The notes under the pieces were generated by a model. The model ran no database searches. It saw only the letters and a program-made list of their open reading frames with translations, and had not been told where the DNA came from. From NCBI GenBank assembly GCA_020637445.1, contig JACJVZ010000001.1:1755952-1819951 (forward strand): DNA of 64,000 bases, given 5' to 3'. Below are positions 1 through 9,454 of the stretch, piece by piece; position 1 is the stretch's first letter; the number at the start of each line of letters is the position of its first letter. This DNA comes from Calditrichota bacterium (lineage in GTDB: Bacteria; Electryoneota; RPQS01). The translations under genes and the position numbers were made by a program.

Positions 1-2
1 GA

Positions 3-401
3 TTGAAGATGCACGCTTTGGCCGCCCTCTCCCCCACCTCGATGACGGCATCGGTGTGCACATTGCTGACCTTTGTCACCGAGCTCACATCGAATACGGC
101 GACGACACAAATCGCACTGCCGATTCTCGCGGCAACAGCGGTGGCGGTCCATAGAAATCCGATGTTCCTAATGATTCCGGCGACACTCTCGGCCTCGTGC
201 GCCTTCATGATGCCGGTCGCGACCCCTCCCAACGCAATTATATTCGGCACCGGTAGAATCAAAGTATACCAGATGGCCAAAGCAGGGATTCTCCTGAACT
301 TAATCGGGATTGTCTTGATTACCGGCTGGATGATGCTGATGGGAGCGGCATTCTTGGGCAGTGGTCCTGCGGAGTTTCCGGCGTGGGCCGTACGGGGATA
401 G
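3..401 (+). CDS. C-terminal fragment of a DASS/SLC13-type anion:sodium symporter (5' end outside window)
   Basis: The ORF is open to the left edge. It is strongly hydrophobic and multi-TM, and contains MMPVATPPNAIIFGTGRI, which resembles the conserved hairpin-loop region of DASS permeases. Family call is by eye. Confidence 0.55.
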   Translation: MKMHALAALSPTSMTASVCTLLTFVTELTSNTATTQIALPILAATAVAVHRNPMFLMIPATLSASCAFMMPVATPPNAIIFGTGRIKVYQMAKAGILLNLIGIVLITGWMMLMGAAFLGSGPAEFPAWAVRG

Positions 402-528
402 TAGCCACAAATTTTCTTTGTTTCGATTCGACACTCAACCATTCGCATGAAAACTTGTCAAACCAATAGACCGCCTGAGGAGAGCTTGAAGTACCAATAC
501 TTGAATTTGCAACTCGGAGGACCCGATC

Positions 529-2637
529 ATGACTAAGCTGCTTGCACCCTTCCTCTTGATTTTGATGTTTGCGCAATTGGCGGTCGCGCAGAATCAGATT
601 CTCACGATTTCACCGGACAGCGCGCCACAGGGAACGGCGAATCTAACGGTGACTTTCACGCTCGACACCGATGATCCGCCCGCTCCTCCGCAGGAGATCT
701 TGCCTCAAAGCGTCGTAATCGGTACGATGGCGGGCTCGTCCATTGCGCATACAAGTCAGTTCGTGGTAACGGCGCAATTTACGATTGGAACAAACGAAGC
801 GACTGGAGCTTACGACGCCGTAATCACATTCCAAACTCCGAACGGGCCGGTGACGTTTTCAATGGCGAATGGTTTCACGATCACGTCGGGCGGAAACGTG
901 GGACCGACAGTGACGGCGGCCCCGCAACCGCAGACGGTTGTGGCCGGACGCACGGCGATATTTCATGTTGGAGCGATTGGGACTCCGGAGCTCGCCTATC
1001 AGTGGCAGAAGGACGGCGAGAATGTCGGCGCGGGAAGTGCCGACTTTGAGATTTCAAACGCTGCGGTCGACGACGCGGGCGACTACCGGTGTATCGTGAC
1101 AAACGACTTCGGCGGGGACACGTCCGCCACGGCACATTTGACGGTTGTCTCACTTCAACCGGGAAGCACTCCCGTTGTAGACACGGATGAAGAAACGTGC
1201 TACAACAACACGTCGGTGATCGGTTGCGCAAGCGAAGGGCAACCGTTTTACGGACAGGACGCGCAGTTTGTCGGAAATTACTCAGACTATACGGTCAGTG
1301 GCGACGGACTGACGGTCTTCGACAACGTCACGGGTTTGACGTGGCAGAGAAGTCCTGACGTCAATCGAGACGGACGAATCCTGGCCAATGACAAATTGAC
1401 GTTGACGGAGATGCAGGTCTATCCGGCGTCGCTGAATGCCGAGAATTTCGGTGGGTACGACGACTGGAGATTGCCGACGATCAAAGAACTTTACTCTCTG
1501 ATACTGTTCACGGGAACGGATCCGAGCGGCATGGAAGACAATCCGAATGTGATCCCGTTCATCGACGACTCGGCTTTTGAGTTTGCCTACGGGGACACGA
1601 CGGCAGGTGAAAGACTCATCGACGCGCAGTTCGGAACAAGCACGATCTATGTCAGTCACGTAAGCGAAGATCTGCTCTTTGGAGTGAATTTCGCGGACGG
1701 CAGAATCAAAGGTTACGGTCTCCTTATTCAAGGTCAGGACAAGACGTTTTTTGTGATCTGCGTGCGCGGACCCGCAGCTTATGGGCTAAACAATTTTGTG
1801 GACAACGGCGACAGTACGATTACGGATTTGTCGACCGGGTTGATGTGGTCACAGATGGACAGTCGCGAAGGGATGAATTGGCAGGAAGCGCTCGCGTGGG
1901 CGCAGGAGAAGAATAGCGAGAACTTTTTGGGACATAACGATTGGCGGCTGCCAAATGTGAAAGAGCTGCAGACGCTGCTCGACTACACGCGTGCGCCAGA
2001 CGTAACGAATTCCGCGGCGATTGATCCACTGTTTCAGATCAGCGGGATTACGAACGAAGCCGGACAAGCGGACTATCCGTACTTCTGGTCGAATACGACA
2101 CACGCGAATCTGGGACCGCAGCCGGGTGGGTATGCTTCTTATGTTGCTTTCGGTCGAGCGATGGGCTATTTGGACGGAAGTTGGCGCGATGTGCACGGCG
2201 CGGGCGCACAACGCAGCGATCCAAAAGACGGCGATCCCGACGACTATCCGTTCGGACATGGGCCGCAAGGTGACGCGATACATATTTTCAACTATGTTAG
2301 ATTGGTGCGTGAGATCGACATGACTCCGGCGAAAGATGAGCGCGGCGGGGCATTACCTGAAGAGTTTAGGCTCTATCAAAATTATCCGAATCCGTTCAAT
2401 CCGTCAACGACAGTTGAGTTTGATCTTGCTCATGCGGAGACTGTTGAACTCTCGGTGTACAATATCGGCGGACAGAAAGTGGCGACGCTTGTGGACGGGC
2501 TTCAGGCAGCAGGGAGCCACTCGGTGACTTGGAATGGGAGGTCCTCGACGGGAGAGGCTGTGGCCAGCGGAATTTATGTGTACACGCTTGCGAATGGCCC
2601 TTCGAAGCTCAGCCGGAAGATGCTGCTACTGAAATAG
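529..2637 (+). CDS. Secreted Ig-like / DUF1566 (Lcl C-terminal-type) protein with T9SS type-A C-terminal sorting domain
   Basis: GGAGGA RBS about 8 nt upstream of the ATG. Signal peptide (LLAPFLLILMFAQLAVAQ). Ig I-set-like segment (YQWQKDGENV...AGDYRCIVTN). Two DUF1566-type segments (DDWRLPTIKELYSL and NDWRLPNVKELQTLL). C-terminus LYQNYPNPFNPSTTVEF...SGIYVYTL...RKMLLLK. Confidence 0.8.
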   Translation: MTKLLAPFLLILMFAQLAVAQNQILTISPDSAPQGTANLTVTFTLDTDDPPAPPQEILPQSVVIGTMAGSSIAHTSQFVVTAQFTIGTNEATGAYDAVITFQTPNGPVTFSMANGFTITSGGNVGPTVTAAPQPQTVVAGRTAIFHVGAIGTPELAYQWQKDGENVGAGSADFEISNAAVDDAGDYRCIVTNDFGGDTSATAHLTVVSLQPGSTPVVDTDEETCYNNTSVIGCASEGQPFYGQDAQFVGNYSDYTVSGDGLTVFDNVTGLTWQRSPDVNRDGRILANDKLTLTEMQVYPASLNAENFGGYDDWRLPTIKELYSLILFTGTDPSGMEDNPNVIPFIDDSAFEFAYGDTTAGERLIDAQFGTSTIYVSHVSEDLLFGVNFADGRIKGYGLLIQGQDKTFFVICVRGPAAYGLNNFVDNGDSTITDLSTGLMWSQMDSREGMNWQEALAWAQEKNSENFLGHNDWRLPNVKELQTLLDYTRAPDVTNSAAIDPLFQISGITNEAGQADYPYFWSNTTHANLGPQPGGYASYVAFGRAMGYLDGSWRDVHGAGAQRSDPKDGDPDDYPFGHGPQGDAIHIFNYVRLVREIDMTPAKDERGGALPEEFRLYQNYPNPFNPSTTVEFDLAHAETVELSVYNIGGQKVATLVDGLQAAGSHSVTWNGRSSTGEAVASGIYVYTLANGPSKLSRKMLLLK

Positions 2638-2655
2638 ACCCTAATTAACCTGCTG

Positions 2656-2690
2656 AAAAGTCCTTGCTTACGCGAGGACTTTTTGTTTTG
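2656..2690 (+). terminator. Rho-independent terminator
   Basis: Hairpin aaaagtcct-tgcttacgcg-aggactttt followed by a T-rich run (ttttgttttg), 19 nt after the stop codon. Confidence 0.65.
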
Positions 2691-2738
2691 TACGTCTTCT
2701 CTATGCGATAGCGGACGCAGCCGCTCTTGGGAACAAGG

Positions 2739-2767
2739 TTGACTTATTGTCAGTTTATTCTTAAATA
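2739..2767 (+). promoter_or_regulatory. Sigma70-like promoter for the Fur-family gene
   Basis: TTGACT at 2739-2744, a 17-nt spacer, then TAAATA at 2762-2767. An inverted repeat AAATAG-N9-CTATTT (2763-2783) overlaps the -10 element. Confidence 0.4.
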
Positions 2768-2799
2768 GGAATTGTTACTATTTGATAAGAGGAGGCAAA

Positions 2800-3231
2800 A
2801 TGAGCGAACAGCAAGTGGCGGAGATGATCGAGAAGCTGCGGGAGTCGGGGGTGAAGTTGACTCACCAGCGGATGGAGATTTTCCGGGAAATCGTAGGGCG
2901 AACGGATCATCCGGACGCGGCGTCGATTTATGAAAGCGTGCGCAAGCGGCTGCCGACGGTATCGCTCGATACGGTTTATCGAACGCTGTCGATGCTCAAA
3001 GATGCAGGACTGATTTCGACGCTTGGGCCGAGTCAGGATCGCGTGCGATTCGATGCCAATGTTGCGCCGCATCATCATTTTGTCTGCACGAAGTGCGGGA
3101 AGACTGAGGATTTTTATTGCGAAGAGTTCGATTCGCTGCGCGTGCCGGGCGACGTACTGAAGATGGGCGTCGTCGAACATTCGCACGTGGAACTGCGGGG
3201 AATTTGCGCGGAATGCAGAAAGTCAAATTGA
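2800..3231 (+). CDS. Fur-family metalloregulator, probably peroxide-responsive (PerR-like)
   Basis: AGGAGG RBS at 2789-2794 favours the ATG at 2800 over the TTG at 2782. Fur-family motifs are present (HHHFVCTKCGKTEDF and C-terminal CAEC). The gene lies immediately upstream of catalase. Confidence 0.85.
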   Translation: MSEQQVAEMIEKLRESGVKLTHQRMEIFREIVGRTDHPDAASIYESVRKRLPTVSLDTVYRTLSMLKDAGLISTLGPSQDRVRFDANVAPHHHFVCTKCGKTEDFYCEEFDSLRVPGDVLKMGVVEHSHVELRGICAECRKSN

Positions 3232-3286
3232 AATAGATTCATTCACATAGTCCGTTCACAAACGAAAATTGAAAGAGGTTGATACA

Positions 3287-4798
3287 ATGTCGAAAGACAA
3301 GAAGACCTTGACCACGAGTCAAGGCGCACCAGTTCCGAATGATTTGAATACGATGACGGCGGGCGAACGCGGCCCGGCGCTGGCGCAGGATATTCATCTG
3401 TTTGACAAGTTGGCACACTTCGACCGCGAACGCATTCCAGAGCGCGTCGTGCATGCCAAGGGCGCGGGCGCGTGGGGTTATTTTGAAGTAACTCACGACG
3501 TGACGAAGTACACTCGGGCAAATTTCCTGTCGAAGGTCGGCAAGCGCACGGACGTGTTCGCGCGTTTTTCGACGGTCGGCGGCGAAAAGGGCTCGGCGGA
3601 TACGGAGCGCGATCCGCGCGGATTTGCCGTGAAGTTTTACACGGAAGAAGGCAACTACGATTTCGTGGGCAACAACACTCCGGTGTTTTTCATTCGCGAT
3701 CCGCTGAAGTTTCCGGATTTCATTCACACGCAGAAGCGCAATCCGGCGACGAATCTCAAGGACGCCGATATGTTCTGGGATTTTCTGTCGTTGACTCCCG
3801 AATCCGTGCATCAAGTGACGGTGCTATTTTCCGACCGCGGCACTCCGAATGGCTACCGTCATATGAACGGCTATAGCGGCCACACCTTCATGTGGTACAA
3901 CGAAAAGAACGAATACGTGTGGGTGAAGATTCACTTCAAGCGCGATCAAGGCAACAAGACGCTTACTCGTGAAGAGGCCTGCAAGCTCGCGGGTGAAGAT
4001 CCGGATTTCGCGACTCGTGATCTTTACAATGCAATCAAGGGTGGGGATTTCCCGTCGTGGACGGTCTATGTGCAGGTTATGACTCCGGAGCAAGTGGAGA
4101 AATACCGTTTCAACTCTTTTGACATCACCAAAGTTTGGCCGCACAAGGATGCGCCGCTGATTCCGGTGGGCAAGATGGTGTTGAACAAGAATCCAGAAAA
4201 CTATTTTGCCGATACCGAACAGGCGGCGTTTTCGCCGGGGACGGTTGTACCGGGGATCGCTCCGTCACCGGATAAGATGCTGCAAGGAAGACTCTTCAGC
4301 TATCACGACACGCACCGTCATCGTTTGGGAACGAACTATCATTTGATCAACGTAAATTCTCCGCGTGTCAGTGGTGAACACAATAACCAGCGCGACGGAC
4401 ACATGCGCACGGACGGCAATGGCGGCGGCGCACCGAACTATTGGCCGAACAGCTTTGGCGGTCCGGCTCCCGACGCGAAGTATGCCGAGCCGCCGGTTCC
4501 GCTGACGGGTGTGATCGACCGTTTTGGCTATGAACTGACGGACGATGATTTCGTGCAGCCGGGCGCTCTGTTCCGCGAGGTGATGTCGGACACGGACCGC
4601 GCGCACTTGATCGGCAATCTGGTTGCGCACATGAAGAATGCGCAGGTGCGGATTCAGAAGCGGCAGACGGCTCTGTTTTACAAGGCGGACAAGGCCTACG
4701 GCGAAGGCGTTGCGAAGGGATTAGGTCTCGACGTTGCAGAGATCGCAAAGCTGGCGGCGATGACGCAAGAAGAGCGGGTCAAGGCCACTGAGAAGTAG
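3287..4798 (+). CDS. katA: Monofunctional heme catalase (small-subunit type)
   Basis: Classic catalase motifs are present: [56 protein letters not shown] and [14 protein letters not shown]. The ATG at 3287 has an AAAGAGG RBS; the track start at 3269 is a TTG without one. Confidence 0.95.
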   Translation: MSKDKKTLTTSQGAPVPNDLNTMTAGERGPALAQDIHLFDKLAHFDRERIPERVVHAKGAGAWGYFEVTHDVTKYTRANFLSKVGKRTDVFARFSTVGGEKGSADTERDPRGFAVKFYTEEGNYDFVGNNTPVFFIRDPLKFPDFIHTQKRNPATNLKDADMFWDFLSLTPESVHQVTVLFSDRGTPNGYRHMNGYSGHTFMWYNEKNEYVWVKIHFKRDQGNKTLTREEACKLAGEDPDFATRDLYNAIKGGDFPSWTVYVQVMTPEQVEKYRFNSFDITKVWPHKDAPLIPVGKMVLNKNPENYFADTEQAAFSPGTVVPGIAPSPDKMLQGRLFSYHDTHRHRLGTNYHLINVNSPRVSGEHNNQRDGHMRTDGNGGGAPNYWPNSFGGPAPDAKYAEPPVPLTGVIDRFGYELTDDDFVQPGALFREVMSDTDRAHLIGNLVAHMKNAQVRIQKRQTALFYKADKAYGEGVAKGLGLDVAEIAKLAAMTQEERVKATEK

Positions 4799-4821
4799 TC
4801 GAACTCTTTTTACAGAATGCG

Positions 4822-4858
4822 AAAAGTCCCCGCAGGTGCGGGGACTTTCGCTTTTTTT
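4822..4858. terminator. Bidirectional rho-independent terminator between catalase and the convergent small ORF
   Basis: Perfect hairpin aaagtcccc-gcaggtg-cggggacttt followed by a T7 run. Confidence 0.7.
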
Positions 4859-4871
4859 GCGTCCAACCGGA

Positions 4872-5072
4872 TCAGGCGTACGTGTCCACTTGCTGTGACC
4901 AGAATCCTCCAAGGAATTTGGTCAGCGGGTGATCGGCGCCGAGACGTTCGAGTTTAGACAGATAAGATTGTTCGACTGTCTCAGGCTGCTTTTGAGCAGC
5001 CGCAGCGTCGGTGGTGGCGGATTGTACAATCGCAGCCAGATTAGTACCGGTTGAGATTCCTGAAGCTTCCAT
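4872..5072 (-). CDS. Small hypothetical protein (66 aa)
   Basis: Strong GGGAGG RBS 6 nt upstream of the ATG at 5072 (MEASGISTG...). It sits between the stop of the upstream 1,234-aa gene and a terminator. No family was recognised. Confidence 0.5.
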   Translation of the reverse strand: MEASGISTGTNLAAIVQSATTDAAAAQKQPETVEQSYLSKLERLGADHPLTKFLGGFWSQQVDTYA

Positions 5073-5194
5073 GGAAACCTCCCTCTTCTTTAACGATACG
5101 CAACGAATTCTTCGGAAGGTGAGTCTGCGATTGCGGTGCAATTCACCAGAAACACGGACCTTAGTGTTAATATCGGCAAAGTGACGGAAGAACT

Positions 5195-8100
5195 TTAATT
5201 TTGGCTTGACTGCGGCAAAACGGCCAACAAATCCAAAGCCCGCTGGAGATCGGGGTTCAGTTTGAGGGCGTTTTGCGCGGCGCTGCGAGACTCTTCGAAC
5301 AGCCCGTTGTCAAAACTTGCGGAAGCAAGCTCATACCACAACTGCGGATCGTCCGGACAAGCGGAAGTCGCTTGCCGCAAGTAGAAGAGAGCTTCTTCGG
5401 GGAAGCCGAGACCCAAGTTTGCTTGTGCGATCTCTTGCAGCTTGGATGCGCGTAAGCAAGCGGCGTCATCGAGTGCTTCGAGCGCGGACAGGGCTCGCAC
5501 TCGCTGTGCATTCAGTGTGATAAACGGCAAGTCCGACCTGAGACGCGCGGCCGTTTCCCACAGTCCGGCCGAGCGGTCGAGGTCACCGAGCATTTCGTAA
5601 ATGGTCGCGGCGTCGACGTAGGCGTGAATTTCGTCCGGATTGGTTTCAGTTGACTTCACATAGAGTTTGGCGGCGCGTTCGAGATTATCGCGCGAAATCG
5701 TGCCGTCAAGGTCCGTGTCATTCCACAGCGCGAGAGCTTCATCACATGTCTTGGGGTGGCCGCTCGGCTCGTCATCGTCGTAGCTTTCAATTTCGGGCAC
5801 GTCGATCCGGCTGTTTTCCCAATTCCTGAGCGCCGTCGAGTCGCTTGCGATTCGATTCATGTCCGTTTTCTTTGCAATCAGCGCAGGGTCGTCAGGCGTA
5901 AGCGCGACCAGCCGGCTGAATGCGCGCGCGGCTTCCACAGCAAAACCGTGGCGTTCGCAGAGCATCGCGTAGTTGAGCAGAAGATGCTTGTCTTCCGGTC
6001 TTTTCTCAAGCTCCCGGCGGAGGATTTGCACCGCGTCGAGGATTTGCCCGTCGTTATAGAAGTCGGCAGCCAATCCAACTTGGATTTCCGCCGAATCCGG
6101 ATAGGCAGCGGCGAGGCGGCGAATGCGCAGTTTCTCGGACATGCGCGGAAGCACTGTCAGAATACCTTTGCCTTCGGGAGACGATTCAATCCCGCGCAAT
6201 ACAACGGCGGCGGAATCGTATTCGCCCATCGCAAGCTCGGTACGGAGTAAGTTTATGCGCGCGTAAGAATGCTCAGGCTTCTCCGCGATAGCAAGTTCGA
6301 GTTCGTTCTTTGCGTCGTCAAACCGTCCCGCGTTCATGTAAAAGAGTCCGAGCGAATTGCGAACGGTGGCATCTTCCGGCACGCGCGCGAGGTAGTTTTC
6401 GAAATGACGAATTTTTTCGGGACATGCATTCAGGTGGTGCTCGACGTTCGCATCGTGAATGCCTGCATCGGCGGCAACCACGGCGGCTTCGGCAAATTTC
6501 GATTGATCTCCGGTGAGAAATCCGAGCGTGAGCCTGCGACCCAAATCTTCGTAAGCGTCCATCTTGACGTCAAAGCTGTCGGGCGGCGAGCTTTTGGGAT
6601 TGATGTAGGAGCGAATCGATTCTTGAAAACGCACAAGATCGACGCAGTTGTCGTTGCCTTGCCGATCTTGTTCAATAATGAACTGCGCATAGGGCAAGTC
6701 GTCGGTGCTGACTTTGTCAAAGCCCGAGAGCATCTTCTCGACGCCATCTTCACCGAGCGAGAAGAAGCTCAGGAATTTTTCGGGAGTATCAACACCGAAT
6801 TCGGCCAATCCGCCCTTCTCGTACAATGGCTCGAGGCGCTTCGCCAAATCATTGTAGTCGATGTCGAGTCTTTCGGGAGTTCCGAGCATCAGAAACTGCG
6901 AAGATCCGTGAATGACCCAGACGCTCATGTGCGGGAAGACGCTGCGGAACGTGTTCAGAATGACTTTGATCGCGTCGGCGGGCAAGGGAATCAGAGCCCA
7001 CTGACAAAATATTCCGCCGGGTTTCAACCGACTTTGAACGAGCTTGTAGAATTCTTGTGAATAAAGCGTCCACGAGTCGAACATTTTGGGATTCGTGGCG
7101 TCGGAGATAATCAAAGAGTATTGTTTGGGATCGAGCAGCAGCGCATTGCGGCCGTCATTGACGACCTGATGGAAGTTTGGCTGATTGTAGACGTCGAGAT
7201 TCTCGCGCGTGTATGCTTCCGCAATGCCACGAATGTCGGGATTCAAGTCGACGACGTCGAGCGAGCGGACATTCGTGGCCGTAGCTCCCGCGGACATGCC
7301 CGCACCGAACGCGATCATCAGCGCATCGTCAGGGTTCTCATGCACGACAGTGGGAAGCAGTCCCAAGAGCTTGAAGAGCTGTACGTGCCACAGGCGGGAC
7401 GACGCTTCGTTTACGGCATTGAGGTGAAAATCTTTGTAGCCGAGCTTGTTGAAATCGTAGACCAGAACGTTCGCGACTTTGCCTTCTTTGTAGTAGACGA
7501 TATCCGCATAAGGATGCGCAGCTTGAAAAAGACTTTTGAAGATATCTTTGGGAGCCGTGAAAACCAACGCCGCGATAGCGACTCCGAACAAAACGGCCCA
7601 CGTCGGTCGGGCACGCGGCGTCACCACGGCAAACAGGGGCAAAAGTGCGGCGACAAAATTCAGCGAAGCAACTAACAACACGCCGTAGAGCAGGCCAAGC
7701 TCGGGAAGAATGATGAACCCCGCCGTAAACGCGCCGAAGATTGCACCGACCGTATTGACTGCATAAACCGTCCCGACACTTGTGCCCTCGCGGTTCGTGC
7801 CTTTGCGGCAGATTTGAATCGCGAGCGGAACGGCGATGCCCATCATTACCGTCGGGCCAATCATAATCAAAGCCGTTTTGGCAAGAGTCAACGTCTCGTC
7901 GAAATTGTCATAGAGCGACGAATGGAAAATCTTGAACAGAAACGGAGTGGCATAGGAGATTGCGCCGATCCCGACTTGCAAGCCGACGAAGAGTTTGACC
8001 GGACTCTTGCTGTTTGAAAGGAAACGCGCGTAAAGCAAGCTGCCGAGCGCGATGCCGATCAGGAACGTGCCGAGTATCGCCGTGAAGGAATAGATGTTGT

Positions 8101-8899
8101 TGTGCAGGAACAAATTGAGCATACGGGTCCAGAAGACTTCGTAGGCCAGCGCGCAGTAGCCCGATATGCCGATGCTCAACAAGACCATTTTCACAGCCAA
8201 CGGACTTTGGGCGAAAGTCGAAGGTTCAGAATCAGAAGGCTCTTCCTTTGCGCTCGCGACGGCTTCTTGGGGATTTTTTCCCAGCGACCACGCGATCAGC
8301 GCCACGCCGAGATTAATCGCGACGGCCACCCAAGTGGTATGCTGCATGCCGAGTTCGCGCAGGAGAAAATAACCACAAGCAAAAGTTCCGAGCACAGCGC
8401 CGATAGTGTTCAGTCCGTAGAGAAAACCGGTTTCGAATCCTATCTTCGATTCGACACTCGTGAAACGCTTGATCAGCACGGGCAGCGTGCCCCCCATAAG
8501 GAACGTGGGAACTCCAATGATCAGAAAGCTGACCAAGAAGCGCACAAGGTTCAGCGTGACGATGTTTGTCGCGGCTCCTTTGTACAGCCACACATAGAGC
8601 GGCGTCGCGGCATCGAGTACGAGCGGAAAGAGCAATGCAAAAATGCCGACCCCAGCTTCGAGGACGGCATAGACGCGAATCAATGATCGCGGTTTACGGT
8701 CAATATACTTTCCAAGTACGTAACTGCCGGCGGCAAGTCCGCCCATAAACGCACTGAGCACAGTGCTCGTGGCGAGCATGGTATTGCCAAAGACAAGTAC
8801 AAGCAGTCTTGTCCAGACGATTTGGTAGATCAGTCCGGAAACACCTGACAGCAAAAAGAGCGAATAAATTAGGAATCTGTAGCTTCGATTATCGGACAC
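5195..8899 (-). CDS. Fused polytopic membrane / spermidine-synthase-like (SAM-dependent fold) protein with C-terminal TPR array
   Basis: N-terminus YSLFLLSGVSGLIYQIVWTRLL followed by many TM segments, typical of fused MFS/spermidine-synthase proteins. The central segment DALMIAFGAGMSAG...LIISDATNP...LKPGGIFCQW resembles an aminopropyltransferase fold. The C-terminal ~450 aa look like TPR repeats. GTG start. Confidence 0.75.
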   Translation of the reverse strand: MSDNRSYRFLIYSLFLLSGVSGLIYQIVWTRLLVLVFGNTMLATSTVLSAFMGGLAAGSYVLGKYIDRKPRSLIRVYAVLEAGVGIFALLFPLVLDAATPLYVWLYKGAATNIVTLNLVRFLVSFLIIGVPTFLMGGTLPVLIKRFTSVESKIGFETGFLYGLNTIGAVLGTFACGYFLLRELGMQHTTWVAVAINLGVALIAWSLGKNPQEAVASAKEEPSDSEPSTFAQSPLAVKMVLLSIGISGYCALAYEVFWTRMLNLFLHNNIYSFTAILGTFLIGIALGSLLYARFLSNSKSPVKLFVGLQVGIGAISYATPFLFKIFHSSLYDNFDETLTLAKTALIMIGPTVMMGIAVPLAIQICRKGTNREGTSVGTVYAVNTVGAIFGAFTAGFIILPELGLLYGVLLVASLNFVAALLPLFAVVTPRARPTWAVLFGVAIAALVFTAPKDIFKSLFQAAHPYADIVYYKEGKVANVLVYDFNKLGYKDFHLNAVNEASSRLWHVQLFKLLGLLPTVVHENPDDALMIAFGAGMSAGATATNVRSLDVVDLNPDIRGIAEAYTRENLDVYNQPNFHQVVNDGRNALLLDPKQYSLIISDATNPKMFDSWTLYSQEFYKLVQSRLKPGGIFCQWALIPLPADAIKVILNTFRSVFPHMSVWVIHGSSQFLMLGTPERLDIDYNDLAKRLEPLYEKGGLAEFGVDTPEKFLSFFSLGEDGVEKMLSGFDKVSTDDLPYAQFIIEQDRQGNDNCVDLVRFQESIRSYINPKSSPPDSFDVKMDAYEDLGRRLTLGFLTGDQSKFAEAAVVAADAGIHDANVEHHLNACPEKIRHFENYLARVPEDATVRNSLGLFYMNAGRFDDAKNELELAIAEKPEHSYARINLLRTELAMGEYDSAAVVLRGIESSPEGKGILTVLPRMSEKLRIRRLAAAYPDSAEIQVGLAADFYNDGQILDAVQILRRELEKRPEDKHLLLNYAMLCERHGFAVEAARAFSRLVALTPDDPALIAKKTDMNRIASDSTALRNWENSRIDVPEIESYDDDEPSGHPKTCDEALALWNDTDLDGTISRDNLERAAKLYVKSTETNPDEIHAYVDAATIYEMLGDLDRSAGLWETAARLRSDLPFITLNAQRVRALSALEALDDAACLRASKLQEIAQANLGLGFPEEALFYLRQATSACPDDPQLWYELASASFDNGLFEESRSAAQNALKLNPDLQRALDLLAVLPQSSQN

Positions 8900-9454
8900 A
8901 ATAATGACTCATTGGGGCAAGATATAACGTTTTGAATTCAATTAAATATAATGCCTTGGGCGATGAATAGCAAATAGATAGTGAAAACAATCACTTACTC
9001 GAAATTCAAGCGGCAAGGTCTCATTTTAACCTCCTCCGGACGGCGAAGTTGCCGAGAACTTAGCCAAGCCGTCGGTGGAAGAGAAACGATGCCGCACCGT
9101 CATTTGGCCAAATGTAAACTGATATCCCAAAGTAAAGAACGACTCTGGTATGCTCCAGTTTCCGGAAAGCAGGAAGAGGCGACGTACTGACACGTTCGTA
9201 TTTAGAGCACCCCGGCTCGTCGATGAATATCAACGACTTTGCGGTATATGAAATATCCGGTATTGAAGTTCATAGATTTAGAACAAGACAATGTCACATT
9301 TTGAGGCACGAAGTCAACGATAAGAAAAGTTTTTTTGCATAAGCGTTATGTGAGAGCCTCACAGAACGAAACTAAATTGATTCGTAACAATGTACCATGC
9401 ATCAAACGTAAGTGGGAGAGAACCTTTCAATCCTCTATCAAAGGGAGCATTTGC

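Noticed and set aside
3269-3286. Track start (TTG 3269) for catalase. Analogous upstream starts appear at 2782 (Fur), 9335, 30282, 41472, 53465, 53766, 54193 and 61026.
   Set aside because: In most cases an internal ATG is preceded by a clear purine-rich RBS, and for the secreted proteins it begins a canonical signal peptide. The RBS is weak at 54268 and 61074, where the signal peptide is the main support. The upstream extensions lack an RBS or overlap the neighbouring gene.
8981-9190. 69-aa ORF in the 555-bp gap between the divergent 8899 and 9455 genes.
   Set aside because: It has no RBS, an unremarkable composition, and overlaps short broken reading frames on the other strand. I could not support any gene or RNA here. 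The gap probably holds the two divergent promoters, but I could not define them.
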